Below, piece after piece: positions 45,377 through 55,337 of a DNA stretch of 64,000 nucleotides. Location: the NCBI GenBank assembly GCA_016788905.1, contig JAEURZ010000008.1, positions 25,494 through 89,493 of the forward strand, in the 5' to 3' direction. The notes beneath the pieces were generated by a model that searched no databases, was not told where the DNA came from, and saw only the letters and a list, made by a program, of their open reading frames with translations. A program made the translations under genes and the position numbers. Origin of the DNA: Elusimicrobiota bacterium. Lineage in GTDB: Bacteria > Elusimicrobiota > Elusimicrobia > FEN-1173. How positions within the stretch are numbered: position 1 is the first letter of the stretch; each line of letters opens with the position of its first letter.

Positions 45377-46582
45377 ATGATGGGGTTCGATATGGGTAAG
45401 TGGCCAGACCGGCGGGGCTATTTTGGGGCGTATGGGGGGAGGTGGGTCCCGGAAACGTTGGTCGGTCCCTTGGTCGAGTTGGAGGCGGCGTTTCGGGCGG
45501 CTCGTCGGGACCCGTCGTTTCGGGAGGAACTGGTGGACCTTTTGGGGTCTTTTGCGGGCCGACCCACTCCGCTGATGTTTGCTCGAAATCTCACGATGCG
45601 ATTGGGTGGGGCTCGGATCTTTTTGAAGCGGGAAGATCTTTGTCATACGGGGGCTCACAAAGTCAACAACACGTTGGGGCAATGTTTACTGGCCAAGCGG
45701 TTGGGTAAAAAACGTGTCATTGCTGAGACAGGGGCTGGTCAGCATGGGGTGGGGACAGCCACGGCCTGTGCTCTTTTGGGGCTTTCCTGTGAAGTGTATA
45801 TGGGGGCTGAGGATATGGAACGGCAGGCCCTGAACGTGTTTCGCATGCGGAGCATGGGAGCGAAAGTGATCCCTGTGACGTCTGGATCGCGAACTCTCAA
45901 GGACGCCATCAATGAAGCGATGCGGGATTGGGTGACCAACGTCCGCACGACTTTCTACTGTATTGGGTCGGTGGTGGGGCCACACCCCTATCCTTGGATG
46001 GTGCGGGAATTTCAAAGCGTGATCGGTCGGGAAGTGAAACGTCAAATTCGGGAATTTCAAACGGATCGTCCGGACGCCCTCGTGGCCTGCGTGGGAGGGG
46101 GATCAAACGCCATCGGCCTTTTCGCTCCTTTTTACGACACGCCCACCGTTCAGTTTTTTGGTGTTGAGGCCGGCGGCGAGGGAATTCGGTCAGGACGTCA
46201 TTCGGCGACCCTCTGCACGGGAAGCCCCGGTGTCTTGCACGGCGCGCGGACCTATGTGATGCAAGATCAGCACGGTCAGGTGTTGGGGACCCATTCCATC
46301 TCCGCTGGGCTGGATTATCCCGCCGTGGGACCTGAACACGCTTTTTACAAGGATTCCGGGCGTGCCACTTACGTATCGGTCACCGATCGGGAAGCGTTGG
46401 CGGGTTTTCGCCTTTTAAACGAAACGGAAGGGCTCTCCGCTGCGCTGGAATCGTCTCACGCGTTAGGGCTTCTTCCTCGACTTGTTCGCCGGATGAAAAA
46501 ATCCCAGACGGTTGTCCTTGGGCTTTCCGGAAGGGGCGATAAAGATATGGGGCAATTGACGAAAATGTTAGATCTTAAATGA
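45377..46582 (+). CDS. trpB: tryptophan synthase beta chain
   Basis: HTGAHKVNN (PLP Lys) and GGGSNA. The alternative start at ATG 45392 (MGKWPD...) fits the canonical N-terminal length better. Confidence 0.95.
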   Translation: MMGFDMGKWPDRRGYFGAYGGRWVPETLVGPLVELEAAFRAARRDPSFREELVDLLGSFAGRPTPLMFARNLTMRLGGARIFLKREDLCHTGAHKVNNTLGQCLLAKRLGKKRVIAETGAGQHGVGTATACALLGLSCEVYMGAEDMERQALNVFRMRSMGAKVIPVTSGSRTLKDAINEAMRDWVTNVRTTFYCIGSVVGPHPYPWMVREFQSVIGREVKRQIREFQTDRPDALVACVGGGSNAIGLFAPFYDTPTVQFFGVEAGGEGIRSGRHSATLCTGSPGVLHGARTYVMQDQHGQVLGTHSISAGLDYPAVGPEHAFYKDSGRATYVSVTDREALAGFRLLNETEGLSAALESSHALGLLPRLVRRMKKSQTVVLGLSGRGDKDMGQLTKMLDLK

Positions 46583-46630
46583 GGTTTTCCTGTTTCGGGG
46601 AGAGGTTAATTCTTAATAGGATGGATTCCT

Positions 46631-47422
46631 GTGAATAGAATCGACAAACTTTTTTCGGATTTAAAAATCCGCAAAAAAAAGGCGCTCATCGCGTATGTGA
46701 CCGGTGGGTATCCCACGCTTTCGATCATGGACCGAGCGGTGCGGGATCTTGTGCGATCCGGTGTGGATTTGGTGGAAGTGGGGATTCCTTTTTCCGATCC
46801 CATCGCCGACGGCCCCACCCTTCAGTTCTCTTCTCAAAAAGCCCTGGAAGCGGGGGTGACCCCCGTCACTGTTTTGGATTGGGTGAAGGTGTTCCGGAAG
46901 ACTCATGAGACCCCTGTTGTTCTGATGACGTATATGAACCCTCTTCAACGGATGGGGCTTGATGTTTTCGCGCGTCGTGCTCGGGCGGCGGGCGTGGATG
47001 GAATTATTGTTCCTGATCTTATTATAGAGGAGGGGGGCGCGCTTGAAAAAGCCTTGACGCGTGTGGGGATTCACTTGATTTACCTCGTTGCTCCGACCAC
47101 TCCCCCGAAACGCCGAGCCGCCATCGCCCGTCGGTCTCGGGGGTTCCTTTACGCTGTTTCTTTAACGGGGGTCACCGGCGTGCGCCGTGCTCTTCCAAAA
47201 TCATTGGGGTCGTTCTTGGCGGACGTTCGGCGAAAGTCGCCTCTCCCCGTGGCCGTGGGTTTTGGAATTTCGGACCCGAGGCAGGCCCGGACGGCAGCGC
47301 TTCACGCCGATGGAGTTATCGTGGGGTCCGCTTTTGTGAATCGGCTAAAAAATCGGGAGTCGTTAGCTCCTTTTGCGCGCTCGTTACGTCACTCATTGGA
47401 TTCTGTCACAAGGAGATCTTGA
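46631..47422 (+). CDS. trpA: tryptophan synthase alpha chain
   Basis: VEVGIPFSDPIADGP and GFGIS. GTG start. Confidence 0.9.
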   Translation: MNRIDKLFSDLKIRKKKALIAYVTGGYPTLSIMDRAVRDLVRSGVDLVEVGIPFSDPIADGPTLQFSSQKALEAGVTPVTVLDWVKVFRKTHETPVVLMTYMNPLQRMGLDVFARRARAAGVDGIIVPDLIIEEGGALEKALTRVGIHLIYLVAPTTPPKRRAAIARRSRGFLYAVSLTGVTGVRRALPKSLGSFLADVRRKSPLPVAVGFGISDPRQARTAALHADGVIVGSAFVNRLKNRESLAPFARSLRHSLDSVTRRS

Positions 47423-47424
47423 TT

Positions 47425-48261
47425 ATGGCCATCGATGAACCCGGACAAAAAAAACGTGTGCCCCATGGGCTCTGGACCAAATGCCCTAAGTGCGAACAAA
47501 TCATTTACAACAAGGAGCTCGAAAAAAATCTCAAGGTCTGTCCCAAATGCCAATACAACTTGCGCGCCAGCGCGCGGGAACGCATCGATCAAATTTTCGA
47601 TCAGGGGACCTTTGTGGAATTTGCGGGAAATTTGACAGCGGCGGATCCATTGGGGTTTCGTGACTCAACGTCTTACGTGGACCGCGTCAAAGAGAGCCGA
47701 AAGAAAACAGGTGAGAAGGAAGCGATTGTTGCCGGTGTCGGAAAAATCGAAGGCCAGGCCGTTTCCTCGGCAATTTTGGATTTCGGGTTTATGGGGGGGA
47801 GTATGGGGAGTGTGGTGGGGGAAAAAGTGACCCTGGCCATCGAACGGGGGCTCGCGGATGAAATTCCCGTTTTGGTTGTTTCTTCCTCGGGGGGGGCGCG
47901 CATGCAGGAAGGAATCCTTTCCCTTTTTCAAATGGCCAAAACGAGTGTGGCCTTGGGCCGACTGGAAAAAGAACGACTGCCCTTCGTTTCTCTGGTGACG
48001 GACCCCACCACCGGTGGGGTAACGGCTAGTTTTGCCATGTTGGGTGATGTGATTGTGGCGGAACCCAAAGCCCTGATCGCGTTTGCGGGGCCCCGGGTGA
48101 TCGAACAAACCATTCGACAGACGCTTCCTCAGGGATTTCAACAGTCTGAATTCCTTTTAAAACACGGGATGGTGGATATGGTGGTGGACCGCCCGCAAAT
48201 GAAGAAGCGGCTCGCGAACCTTTTCGCTTTTTTTATGGCCGCACGAAAATTCTCGGTCTAG
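47425..48261 (+). CDS. accD: acetyl-CoA carboxylase carboxyltransferase beta subunit
   Basis: Zinc ribbon CPKC-x15-CPKC and GGSMG. ATG 47425 lies 8 nt after an AAGGAG Shine-Dalgarno sequence, whereas the track TTG at 47419 lies only 2 nt after it. Confidence 0.9.
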   Translation: MAIDEPGQKKRVPHGLWTKCPKCEQIIYNKELEKNLKVCPKCQYNLRASARERIDQIFDQGTFVEFAGNLTAADPLGFRDSTSYVDRVKESRKKTGEKEAIVAGVGKIEGQAVSSAILDFGFMGGSMGSVVGEKVTLAIERGLADEIPVLVVSSSGGARMQEGILSLFQMAKTSVALGRLEKERLPFVSLVTDPTTGGVTASFAMLGDVIVAEPKALIAFAGPRVIEQTIRQTLPQGFQQSEFLLKHGMVDMVVDRPQMKKRLANLFAFFMAARKFSV

Positions 48262-48264
48262 TCG

Positions 48265-49566
48265 GTGCCCTTTTCACGCGCAACCCGCAATCGAGCGGGT
48301 GCTCGCGCTCCTTCTCCCCGCTTTTCAAAGGAGATCCGTCCCGGGCTTAACCGCGTCATCCGGGCTTTGGATTTGTTGGGACATCCGGAGGAATCCTTTG
48401 CGTCCCTTCTTGTGGCGGGGACCAACGGGAAAGGGTCGGTGTGCGCGATGGTGGCCTCCTCTCTTCGGGAGGCAGGCTACCGAACCGGTCTTTACACTTC
48501 GCCTCATTTGATTCACCCCCGGGAGCGCGTTTGTGTGAATGGAACACCCGTTTCTTCCCATGACTGGACTTGGGCCGCGTCCCGCGTGGCGGAGGTTTCT
48601 CGAAAAAACAAATTGGCGTTAACGGAATTTGAAGCGCAAACTTTGGTGGGGTTTTTGGTTTTTGAACGTGCGGGGGTGGATCTCGCTGTTCTCGAAGTGG
48701 GGCTGGGCGGTCGGTTGGACGCGGTCAACGCGGTGGCGGCCCCTGAGCTTTGCGTGATCACGTCCATTGGTCTTGATCATACGGAATGGCTTGGACCAAC
48801 GGTTCGGCATGTTTATTTGGAAAAGAGAGGAATCGCTCGGAGGGGAACGCCTCTCTTACAGGATCTTCCGTCCTCTCTTCACCGGGAATCGCAACGGTTT
48901 GCGGCGGTGTCCGGAGTGCCCTCCTGGACGTTGGGGCGCCATGTTTTATTTAAGGTGTTAAGTGAAAACACGAAACCATTGGGGCAAACCATTCGGGTTC
49001 AACTGGAAGGAGGGAGTTGGGGTGAGGTGACTGTCCCCTTTTGGGGAATGCATCAGGCACGAAACGGGGCGCTGGCTTTTGCGGCTCTTGAGCTCTTGGA
49101 TCGTCAGGGTTGGCGGTTGGGAAAACGAGCCATACAGGAAGGGATCGCGCGGGCCCAATGGCCCGGGCGGTTTGATGTGGTTCGGACTTGTCCTCCGGTG
49201 GTCTTAGATGGGGCCCATAACCCCGCCGCTGTTCGCGAATTGGTCAACGCGTGGAAATCCTCCCCCTGGGGGCAACAGCGAGCCACCCTGATTTTTTCCT
49301 GCTTGAAAGACAAAGATGTTAAGTCTATGGCCAAAGCGCTTTCTTCCATCGTCCGTCGTGTGATCGTGACTCCCCTGGTGTCCGACCGCGCTCGGCCTTT
49401 GGAGGACCTGGTGCGGGTGTGGAAAAACTTTTGTCCGACGGAATCGGCCACGAGTTTTCGAGAAGCCTGGCGGAAGGTTTCTCCGGATTCAGGATCTCCT
49501 GTCCTTGTGACGGGATCCCTCTATTTGGTTGGGGAAGCCCTTAAGAAATTAGGGAGAAAAAAATGA
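48265..49566 (+). CDS. folC: bifunctional folylpolyglutamate synthase / dihydrofolate synthase
   Basis: GTNGKGS P-loop and a Mur-ligase-like pattern (LE-x-G-x-GGRLD, DGAHN). The gene follows accD, as in many bacteria. Confidence 0.85.
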   Translation: MPFSRATRNRAGARAPSPRFSKEIRPGLNRVIRALDLLGHPEESFASLLVAGTNGKGSVCAMVASSLREAGYRTGLYTSPHLIHPRERVCVNGTPVSSHDWTWAASRVAEVSRKNKLALTEFEAQTLVGFLVFERAGVDLAVLEVGLGGRLDAVNAVAAPELCVITSIGLDHTEWLGPTVRHVYLEKRGIARRGTPLLQDLPSSLHRESQRFAAVSGVPSWTLGRHVLFKVLSENTKPLGQTIRVQLEGGSWGEVTVPFWGMHQARNGALAFAALELLDRQGWRLGKRAIQEGIARAQWPGRFDVVRTCPPVVLDGAHNPAAVRELVNAWKSSPWGQQRATLIFSCLKDKDVKSMAKALSSIVRRVIVTPLVSDRARPLEDLVRVWKNFCPTESATSFREAWRKVSPDSGSPVLVTGSLYLVGEALKKLGRKK

Positions 49567-50468
49567 GACGGGGTGTTCGGTTGGGTGTGGACTTGGGTGG
49601 CACTCAGGTCAAAATGGCTTTGGTCAATGAGAGGGGTCGCGTTTTAGACCGGACGGAAGTTTTGACCACCCGCGAGCCGTGGGGGTTGGTGAAGTCCCTT
49701 CGGTCGGCCGCGGCCCCGTGGTTTTCCAGCGCCCTTTTGGGAACGGGGGTCGGGGTGGCGGGCGATGTGGATCCGGCCCGTGGCGTTGTCCGTGTTTCCC
49801 CCAATTTAGGATGGAAAAAGGTGAGATTGGCGGCCCTTTTCCGGCGGGCGGGATTTCCCGGTCCCATTCGCATGGACAACGATGCCACGGCAGCGGCGTG
49901 GGGCGCGACTCATTTGGAGTTTCGAGGCCGTGCGAAGAATCTTGTCATCCTTACGCTAGGGACCGGTGTGGGAGGGGGGCTGGTTTTCGATGGGCGTCTT
50001 TATCATGGGACGACAGGCACAGCGGGCGAAGTGGGGCACCTTTGTGTGGAGGAAGGAGGGGATCCCTGCTCTTGCGGGAATCTGGGTTGTCTGGAAGCCT
50101 ATCTGGGTGGGGCTTCGCTTGTTCGGCGCGCTCTATTGGCCTACAAAAGAAGGGGACGCGTTGTTGATCCCCTGAATCCAAAAATTCTTGCGGGTCTGGC
50201 ACGGAAAGGCGATCCAGTGGCTCGGAAGGTTTGGGACCGGGCGGCTAACGCTCTTGGGGCCGCGCTTTCAAACATCGTAAACCTGCTTAACCCGGACACG
50301 ATCTTATTGACGGGGGGTGTTTCCCGAGGAGCGGCTCTCTTTTTGCCCAAAGCGCTGCGGATCATGAAACAGCGTTCTTTCCTTACACCTGCCCAAGCTG
50401 TTCGCGTGGTGGTTTCTGAGCGGAGCTCTGACCTCGGAGTGGCCGGGGCGGCGCTCTTAGTGGAATGA
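49563..50468 (+). CDS. glk: ROK family glucokinase
   Basis: DLGGT, the ROK signature GTGVGGG and the zinc motif GH-x-C-x-x-x-G-x-x-C-x-C-G-x-x-GC. Confidence 0.8.
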   Translation: MRRGVRLGVDLGGTQVKMALVNERGRVLDRTEVLTTREPWGLVKSLRSAAAPWFSSALLGTGVGVAGDVDPARGVVRVSPNLGWKKVRLAALFRRAGFPGPIRMDNDATAAAWGATHLEFRGRAKNLVILTLGTGVGGGLVFDGRLYHGTTGTAGEVGHLCVEEGGDPCSCGNLGCLEAYLGGASLVRRALLAYKRRGRVVDPLNPKILAGLARKGDPVARKVWDRAANALGAALSNIVNLLNPDTILLTGGVSRGAALFLPKALRIMKQRSFLTPAQAVRVVVSERSSDLGVAGAALLVE

Positions 50469-50472
50469 TGCC

Positions 50473-52698
50473 ATGAGCCGTTCTCCCACCAAAGTTCCGA
50501 TGAAGAAAGGGTCTTGGATTGTGGTGTGGGCCCTCTTCTTGTTGGGAGGAGCCCTGCCTTCTCTTCGAGCAGAGAAAACGGCGAGCGAAAAAATACCGGC
50601 ACTCTCCACAGCGTCTTTGACCTGTGATTTTATGGAATTTCGGGAAGAAGAAAACGTTGTTTTCGCGCGCGGTCACGCGGTTGTCGTTTCCAGCGGAACG
50701 CGTCTGGAGGCGGACGAGCTCACTGTATATTTATCAAGCCGGGTGGTGGTGGCCCAGGGGAATGCCGTGCTCATTTCCAGCGGAACGCGCTTGGAGGCGG
50801 ATGAGTTGACGCTTTATCAATCCAGCCGGGAAGCCATCGCCCGGGGCCGTGTTTATTTGAATGACGAAGAATTGTCTGTTCTGGGGGACAGTGTGCATTA
50901 CAATTGGGGCAATTCAACGGGTGAATTCCAAAACATTTACATTCAACAGGGAGTCTGGCGCACGTGGGGCCGGAGCCTGGAACGGTTGAGCCCAACCCAT
51001 TACCGCATCAAACGAGCCGCTTTTTCAAGTTGTGATTTAAACCCTCCCCACTATCATTTCCGTGGAGGATCGGCCGAGTTTCGGGTCAAGGAACGGATGA
51101 GCGTGACCCACATTCGGCCCGCCGCTGAAAAAACACCTTTTCTCTACTTCCCCTACTACACGCGATCCTTGAAAGACAACCGCTGGACCTATACGGTGGA
51201 TCCGGGGAACAGTGCCCGAAACGGGTTGTTCGCTAAAAATGTTTTTTCCTATCCCATTGGGGAAAACGCTCGGGCACGGGTTCTCTGGGACCACTACACC
51301 CTTGCCGGGAATGGTTTTGGGGGAGAATTCAGCTATTCAACTCACACGGTGCGGGGATCTGTTTCGGGGTATCAAATTCATGACAAAATTGACGACCGCC
51401 GTCGGTGGAATCTTCGGTTGGGGCATTGGCAACAGTTGAACCCGCGATGGCAGGTTCAGTCTCGCGTGGCCATGCAAAGCGACGAATCGGTCAACGACGT
51501 TTTTGTGGGGGACGATTATCAACGTTCGCGGCAGTTGGGCGAGTCCGATCTGGCGTTCACGCGAACAGGGACGTGGTACACGGCGCGTCTTTACGTCGAA
51601 CACGACCGGACCTTAGATCCCGTTCAGAAGCGATTTGTCACCAGCAAGACCATCCTTCCCCAATTCGGGTTTCAATCCTCGTCGCTCCGTCTGGGTCAAT
51701 CCAATGCTTATTTCAATTTCGGGGGAAATTTTCGGAACGAATATGATCGCCCTCAAGAAGAGTCTGGGCAATTCCATCCGATCCTTCCAGGTAAAGACCA
51801 TTTTCGTCAATACGCGGATGGGACGGGGCGATTCTCGTGGCGGTTGCCTGTGACGAAAAAGATTTCGTTGGAACCTTCGCTGGGGATATCAGAGGTTTGG
51901 CAGTCCCACCAGGTGGATGGTTTCAATTTAGATCCCACGGATATTCTTCAGGGAAAAGGGTTTACTGGGCTGAACATGCGTCATCGTGTGACGCGAAGTT
52001 TGGATTATGACCTCGGCCATACCTATCGTGTCCGATGGCGTCCCAATACGTTTCGGAGGGATCATTCTGCACCGGATCATGGGGTTGAACTGAACGGGTT
52101 GAATTTCTTGGCTTCCTATCGCCCCTCCTCTTCAATCTGGGGCCGGGCGTCGACGTTCTACGATTTAAGGGATACCGAATATCAAGGGTATCACACCCCG
52201 CGCCAGCGGTTTTCGCCCCCGACAGTGGACGCTGGTTTTTCGCCGAATCGATGGTTTTCCCTCACGGCAAGAGAATCAGTTCAACTTTATCCAGCCCGAA
52301 AAATACAATCGAGTGTTCTGGATTTTCGATTGGGGCCAGACGACAAAGCCTTCTTTTCATCGGGCTTTAGCTATAATGTCAGCCGCCCAGGAGAACTGGA
52401 CCTGACGAATGGGGCGGCTTTTCAGCTGACGCCGGGTTGGTGGTTGTCCGGGGACGTGCGGTCCACCGCCTCGGGTTCGGGGTCACTTCGTTACAACGGG
52501 ATTTCCTTTACAGAAAAAAATCTTGTTGTTCGTCGGGATCTCCACTGTTGGGTCGTTCGGGTCAATTACCGTGAACGGACAGGTGTCCATGAGATCTTTT
52601 TTCGTTTGGATTTGAAGACGAACCTGGACTTCCGAAAAAATGGCGCGAAATTTGATGACAAACAATTTTATCCCGCACGCCGTCCTACTGGAGAGTGA
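50473..52698 (+). CDS. lptD: LPS-assembly outer-membrane protein LptD/OstA family
   Basis: Signal peptide, an OstA-like N-terminal repeat region (...A-x-G-N/H-A-V...L-x-A-D-E-L) and a large beta-barrel-like C-terminus rich in aromatic-x-aromatic strands. Confidence 0.7.
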   Translation: MSRSPTKVPMKKGSWIVVWALFLLGGALPSLRAEKTASEKIPALSTASLTCDFMEFREEENVVFARGHAVVVSSGTRLEADELTVYLSSRVVVAQGNAVLISSGTRLEADELTLYQSSREAIARGRVYLNDEELSVLGDSVHYNWGNSTGEFQNIYIQQGVWRTWGRSLERLSPTHYRIKRAAFSSCDLNPPHYHFRGGSAEFRVKERMSVTHIRPAAEKTPFLYFPYYTRSLKDNRWTYTVDPGNSARNGLFAKNVFSYPIGENARARVLWDHYTLAGNGFGGEFSYSTHTVRGSVSGYQIHDKIDDRRRWNLRLGHWQQLNPRWQVQSRVAMQSDESVNDVFVGDDYQRSRQLGESDLAFTRTGTWYTARLYVEHDRTLDPVQKRFVTSKTILPQFGFQSSSLRLGQSNAYFNFGGNFRNEYDRPQEESGQFHPILPGKDHFRQYADGTGRFSWRLPVTKKISLEPSLGISEVWQSHQVDGFNLDPTDILQGKGFTGLNMRHRVTRSLDYDLGHTYRVRWRPNTFRRDHSAPDHGVELNGLNFLASYRPSSSIWGRASTFYDLRDTEYQGYHTPRQRFSPPTVDAGFSPNRWFSLTARESVQLYPARKIQSSVLDFRLGPDDKAFFSSGFSYNVSRPGELDLTNGAAFQLTPGWWLSGDVRSTASGSGSLRYNGISFTEKNLVVRRDLHCWVVRVNYRERTGVHEIFFRLDLKTNLDFRKNGAKFDDKQFYPARRPTGE
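50677..50850 (+). repeat. in-frame 87-bp tandem duplication (2 copies) inside lptD
   Basis: Copy 1 at 50677-50763 and copy 2 at 50764-50850. The core TTTCCAGCGGAACGCG..TGGAGGCGGA.GAG is nearly identical between copies. The peptides are AVVVSSGTRLEADELTVYLSSRVVVAQGN and AVLISSGTRLEADELTLYQSSREAIARGR. Confidence 0.8.
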
Positions 52699-52701
52699 CC
52701 A

Positions 52702-53727
52702 ATGAAACTCTTGGTAACCGGAGGCGCTGGTTTTATCGGATCCCATTTCGTTCGGTATTGGTTAAAGAAACATTCGGCCGATCGTGTTACAACTCTTGAT
52801 AAACTGACTTACGCGGGGACACTTGAAAATTTAGCGGACGTCCTCACATCCTCCCGCCATCGGTTTGTTCGGGGAGACATCGGTGACGGGCGAACGGTTA
52901 AGCGGGTTCTGGCTGGCGTTGATTCGGTGGTCCATTTTGCAGCGGAAACCCATGTGGACCGATCTCTCCTGGATGCGAACCCCTTTCTGCAGACGAATGT
53001 TCAAGGGACTTATACGTTGGTTCACGCCGCGCGCGAGGCCGGTGTTCGGCGGTTCCTTCACGTTTCCACAGACGAAGTATATGGATCGGTGGGTAAGGGA
53101 AAATCTCGGGAAACCGCTCTTCTCAACCCGACCAGCCCTTACGCCGCGTCCAAGGCGGCGTCTGACTTGGTGGTCCTCTCCCAGTGGCTCACGTACAGAT
53201 ACCCTGTGCTCGTGACTCGGTGCACCAACAATTATGGCCCGCAACAGCACCCGGAGAAATTTCTGCCTCTTTTTATTACGAACGCTTTAGAGGGGGTCCC
53301 CTTGCCTCTTTATGGTCGCGGGTTGAATGTTCGAAATTGGATTCATGTTTTAGACCATTGTGAGGCCTTGGACCGTGTGTTGAAACAGGGACGGCCAGGG
53401 GGAATTTACAATATTGCTGGCGCGCGCGAATACAAGAACATCGACGTGGCCCGAAAGATATTGAACGAACTGGGGCGGCCCGGCGACCTCTTGAATTTTG
53501 TGAAAGACCGAGAGGGTCACGATCAGCGCTACGCCCCCGACACCCAAAAAATTTTCCGGGAATTGGGATGGCGCCCGAAGCGATCTTTTGAGGAGGGCCT
53601 TGTGGAAATGCTGGACTGGTATCGAACCAACGAAAGATGGTGGCGTGCCATTCGAGGTAAGAAGGGCGGGTTCAAAAACTATTACAAAAAACAATACGCC
53701 ACGCGTCTTAAAACGGCTCGCGCGTAA
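52702..53727 (+). CDS. rfbB: dTDP-glucose 4,6-dehydratase
   Basis: Motifs GGAGFIGS, STDEVYG, YAASKAASD and NNYGP-x-Q-x-PEK. Confidence 0.9.
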   Translation: MKLLVTGGAGFIGSHFVRYWLKKHSADRVTTLDKLTYAGTLENLADVLTSSRHRFVRGDIGDGRTVKRVLAGVDSVVHFAAETHVDRSLLDANPFLQTNVQGTYTLVHAAREAGVRRFLHVSTDEVYGSVGKGKSRETALLNPTSPYAASKAASDLVVLSQWLTYRYPVLVTRCTNNYGPQQHPEKFLPLFITNALEGVPLPLYGRGLNVRNWIHVLDHCEALDRVLKQGRPGGIYNIAGAREYKNIDVARKILNELGRPGDLLNFVKDREGHDQRYAPDTQKIFRELGWRPKRSFEEGLVEMLDWYRTNERWWRAIRGKKGGFKNYYKKQYATRLKTARA

Positions 53728-53743
53728 AGGAAAGGGACGGGCG

Positions 53744-55060
53744 ATGAATTCTAAACATGTTGCGGTGGTGGGGAGTGGGTATGTGGGGCTGGTCACCGGC
53801 GCTTGCTTAGCGGAAATAGGTCACCGGGTCACCTGTGTGGATGCGGATCGCGCGAAGATTCAGATGCTCAAGAAAGGGGAAATTCCCATTTACGAACCCG
53901 GCCTTCCGGAAGTTGTCGCCGCGAACCGAAAAGCGAAACGGCTTCAATTCACCACACGCTTGGAAGACGCGATGAAGCATGCCGAATACGTATTTATTGC
54001 GGTCAATACCCCCCCCCTCCCGAACGGCGAAGCCGATCTGTCTTATGTGGAGACGGTGGCTCGGCAAGTGGGCCGCGTCTTACGCCGGTACACCGTCGTT
54101 ATCGATAAGTCCACGGTTCCTGTGAACACCGGGGACAAAGTTCGTCAAACCCTCTTGCTCCATGGAAAAAAAGAGATTCCCTTTGACGTGGTCTCCAACC
54201 CGGAGTTTTTGCGAGAAGGCACCGCTGTCCGTGATTTCATGAAGCCGGACCGAATCGTTGTGGGGGTGGAATCTCGCAAGGCCGAAACCATGATGCGGGA
54301 GCTTTACTCTCCGCTTAAATGCCCGGTGATCGTTACCGATATCAAGAGCGCCGAGTTAATTAAACACGCGTCGAACTCTTTTCTTGCGACAAAAATATCT
54401 TTTGCCAACGCGCTCGCCGCTCTCTGCGATCGGGTGGGAGCTGACGTTTCTCTCGTGACGGCCGGGATGGGAGCGGATCCGCGGATTGGGACTTCGTTCC
54501 TTCGGGCTGGGCTGGGGTATGGGGGGTCTTGTTTCCCGAAAGACGTGAGCGCTTTTATTCACATGGCGGAGAAGGAAGGTGTGGACTTTAAAATTCTTCG
54601 GGCGGTTCGGGAAGTGAACGATCACGCTCGGATGTGGGCGGTGGATCGACTGAAAAAGGCCCTGTGGAATTTGCGCGATAAAACCATCGCGGTCTGGGGA
54701 CTTGCCTTTAAGCCGGAAACAGACGATTTACGCAACGCCCCCGCCCTGGACATTATCCAACGGCTACAATCGGAAGGCTGTCGGGTGAACGCCTATGACC
54801 CTGTGGCGATGGTCAAGGCACGCGGTCATTTGAAAAATGTTCGGTATTGTCGAACGCCGTACGATGCCGCCCGTGGAGCTGACGCGATTCTTCTCTGTAC
54901 GGAATGGAAAGAGTTTCGTGATGTGGATCTTCAGAAAGTTAAAGCTCTTTTACGAACGCCGGTGTTCTTGGACGGTCGGAATCTCTATGACCCCGCTCAC
55001 GTCGCGGCTCTGGGATTTCAATACCACAGCGTTGGGCGTGTCGCCCCATCCGTCGGATAA
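53744..55060 (+). CDS. ugd: UDP-glucose 6-dehydrogenase
   Basis: Motifs GSGYVGL, NPEFLREG and GGSCFPKD. The start is at MNSKHVAVVG; the track start at 53588 overlaps rfbB. Confidence 0.9.
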   Translation: MNSKHVAVVGSGYVGLVTGACLAEIGHRVTCVDADRAKIQMLKKGEIPIYEPGLPEVVAANRKAKRLQFTTRLEDAMKHAEYVFIAVNTPPLPNGEADLSYVETVARQVGRVLRRYTVVIDKSTVPVNTGDKVRQTLLLHGKKEIPFDVVSNPEFLREGTAVRDFMKPDRIVVGVESRKAETMMRELYSPLKCPVIVTDIKSAELIKHASNSFLATKISFANALAALCDRVGADVSLVTAGMGADPRIGTSFLRAGLGYGGSCFPKDVSAFIHMAEKEGVDFKILRAVREVNDHARMWAVDRLKKALWNLRDKTIAVWGLAFKPETDDLRNAPALDIIQRLQSEGCRVNAYDPVAMVKARGHLKNVRYCRTPYDAARGADAILLCTEWKEFRDVDLQKVKALLRTPVFLDGRNLYDPAHVAALGFQYHSVGRVAPSVG

Positions 55061-55337
55061 TTGAGTTTCCACACTCTTGTGTTTTAGAAACGGCTTATTT
55101 GTTTACATAAAATTTACATCTTTTTTGTTGACATGAAACACCGAAAAACATAGAAGTAACTGTAAGCAGCAGGGCATTCCCTCTTCTAGGGAATGGAAGA
55201 GCGAAAGGCGTTGGGAGGCGTCTGGAGCGAACATCCCGTTGTCCTCCTCCGTCCTTACGCCCATGTGATTTTGGGTTCTTTCCCAAAAGCCCATGGAATT
55301 TCGTTAACGGTGATTGTGCCTTTTGGGAGGCGCGTGT

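Noticed and set aside
55102-55134. Short direct repeats considered as a possible CRISPR or tandem-repeat array.
   Set aside because: There are only three 7-nt units with irregular spacing (11 and 15 nt), and no cas genes or spacer-like periodicity anywhere in the window.
55155-55337. Attempt to assign the long leader to a known riboswitch class (TPP, glycine, cobalamin or SAM).
   Set aside because: I could not find the core motifs I remember, such as the CUGAGA and ACCUGAUCUGGAUAAUGCCAGCG-like TPP elements or a B12 box. It is therefore left as unclassified structure only.
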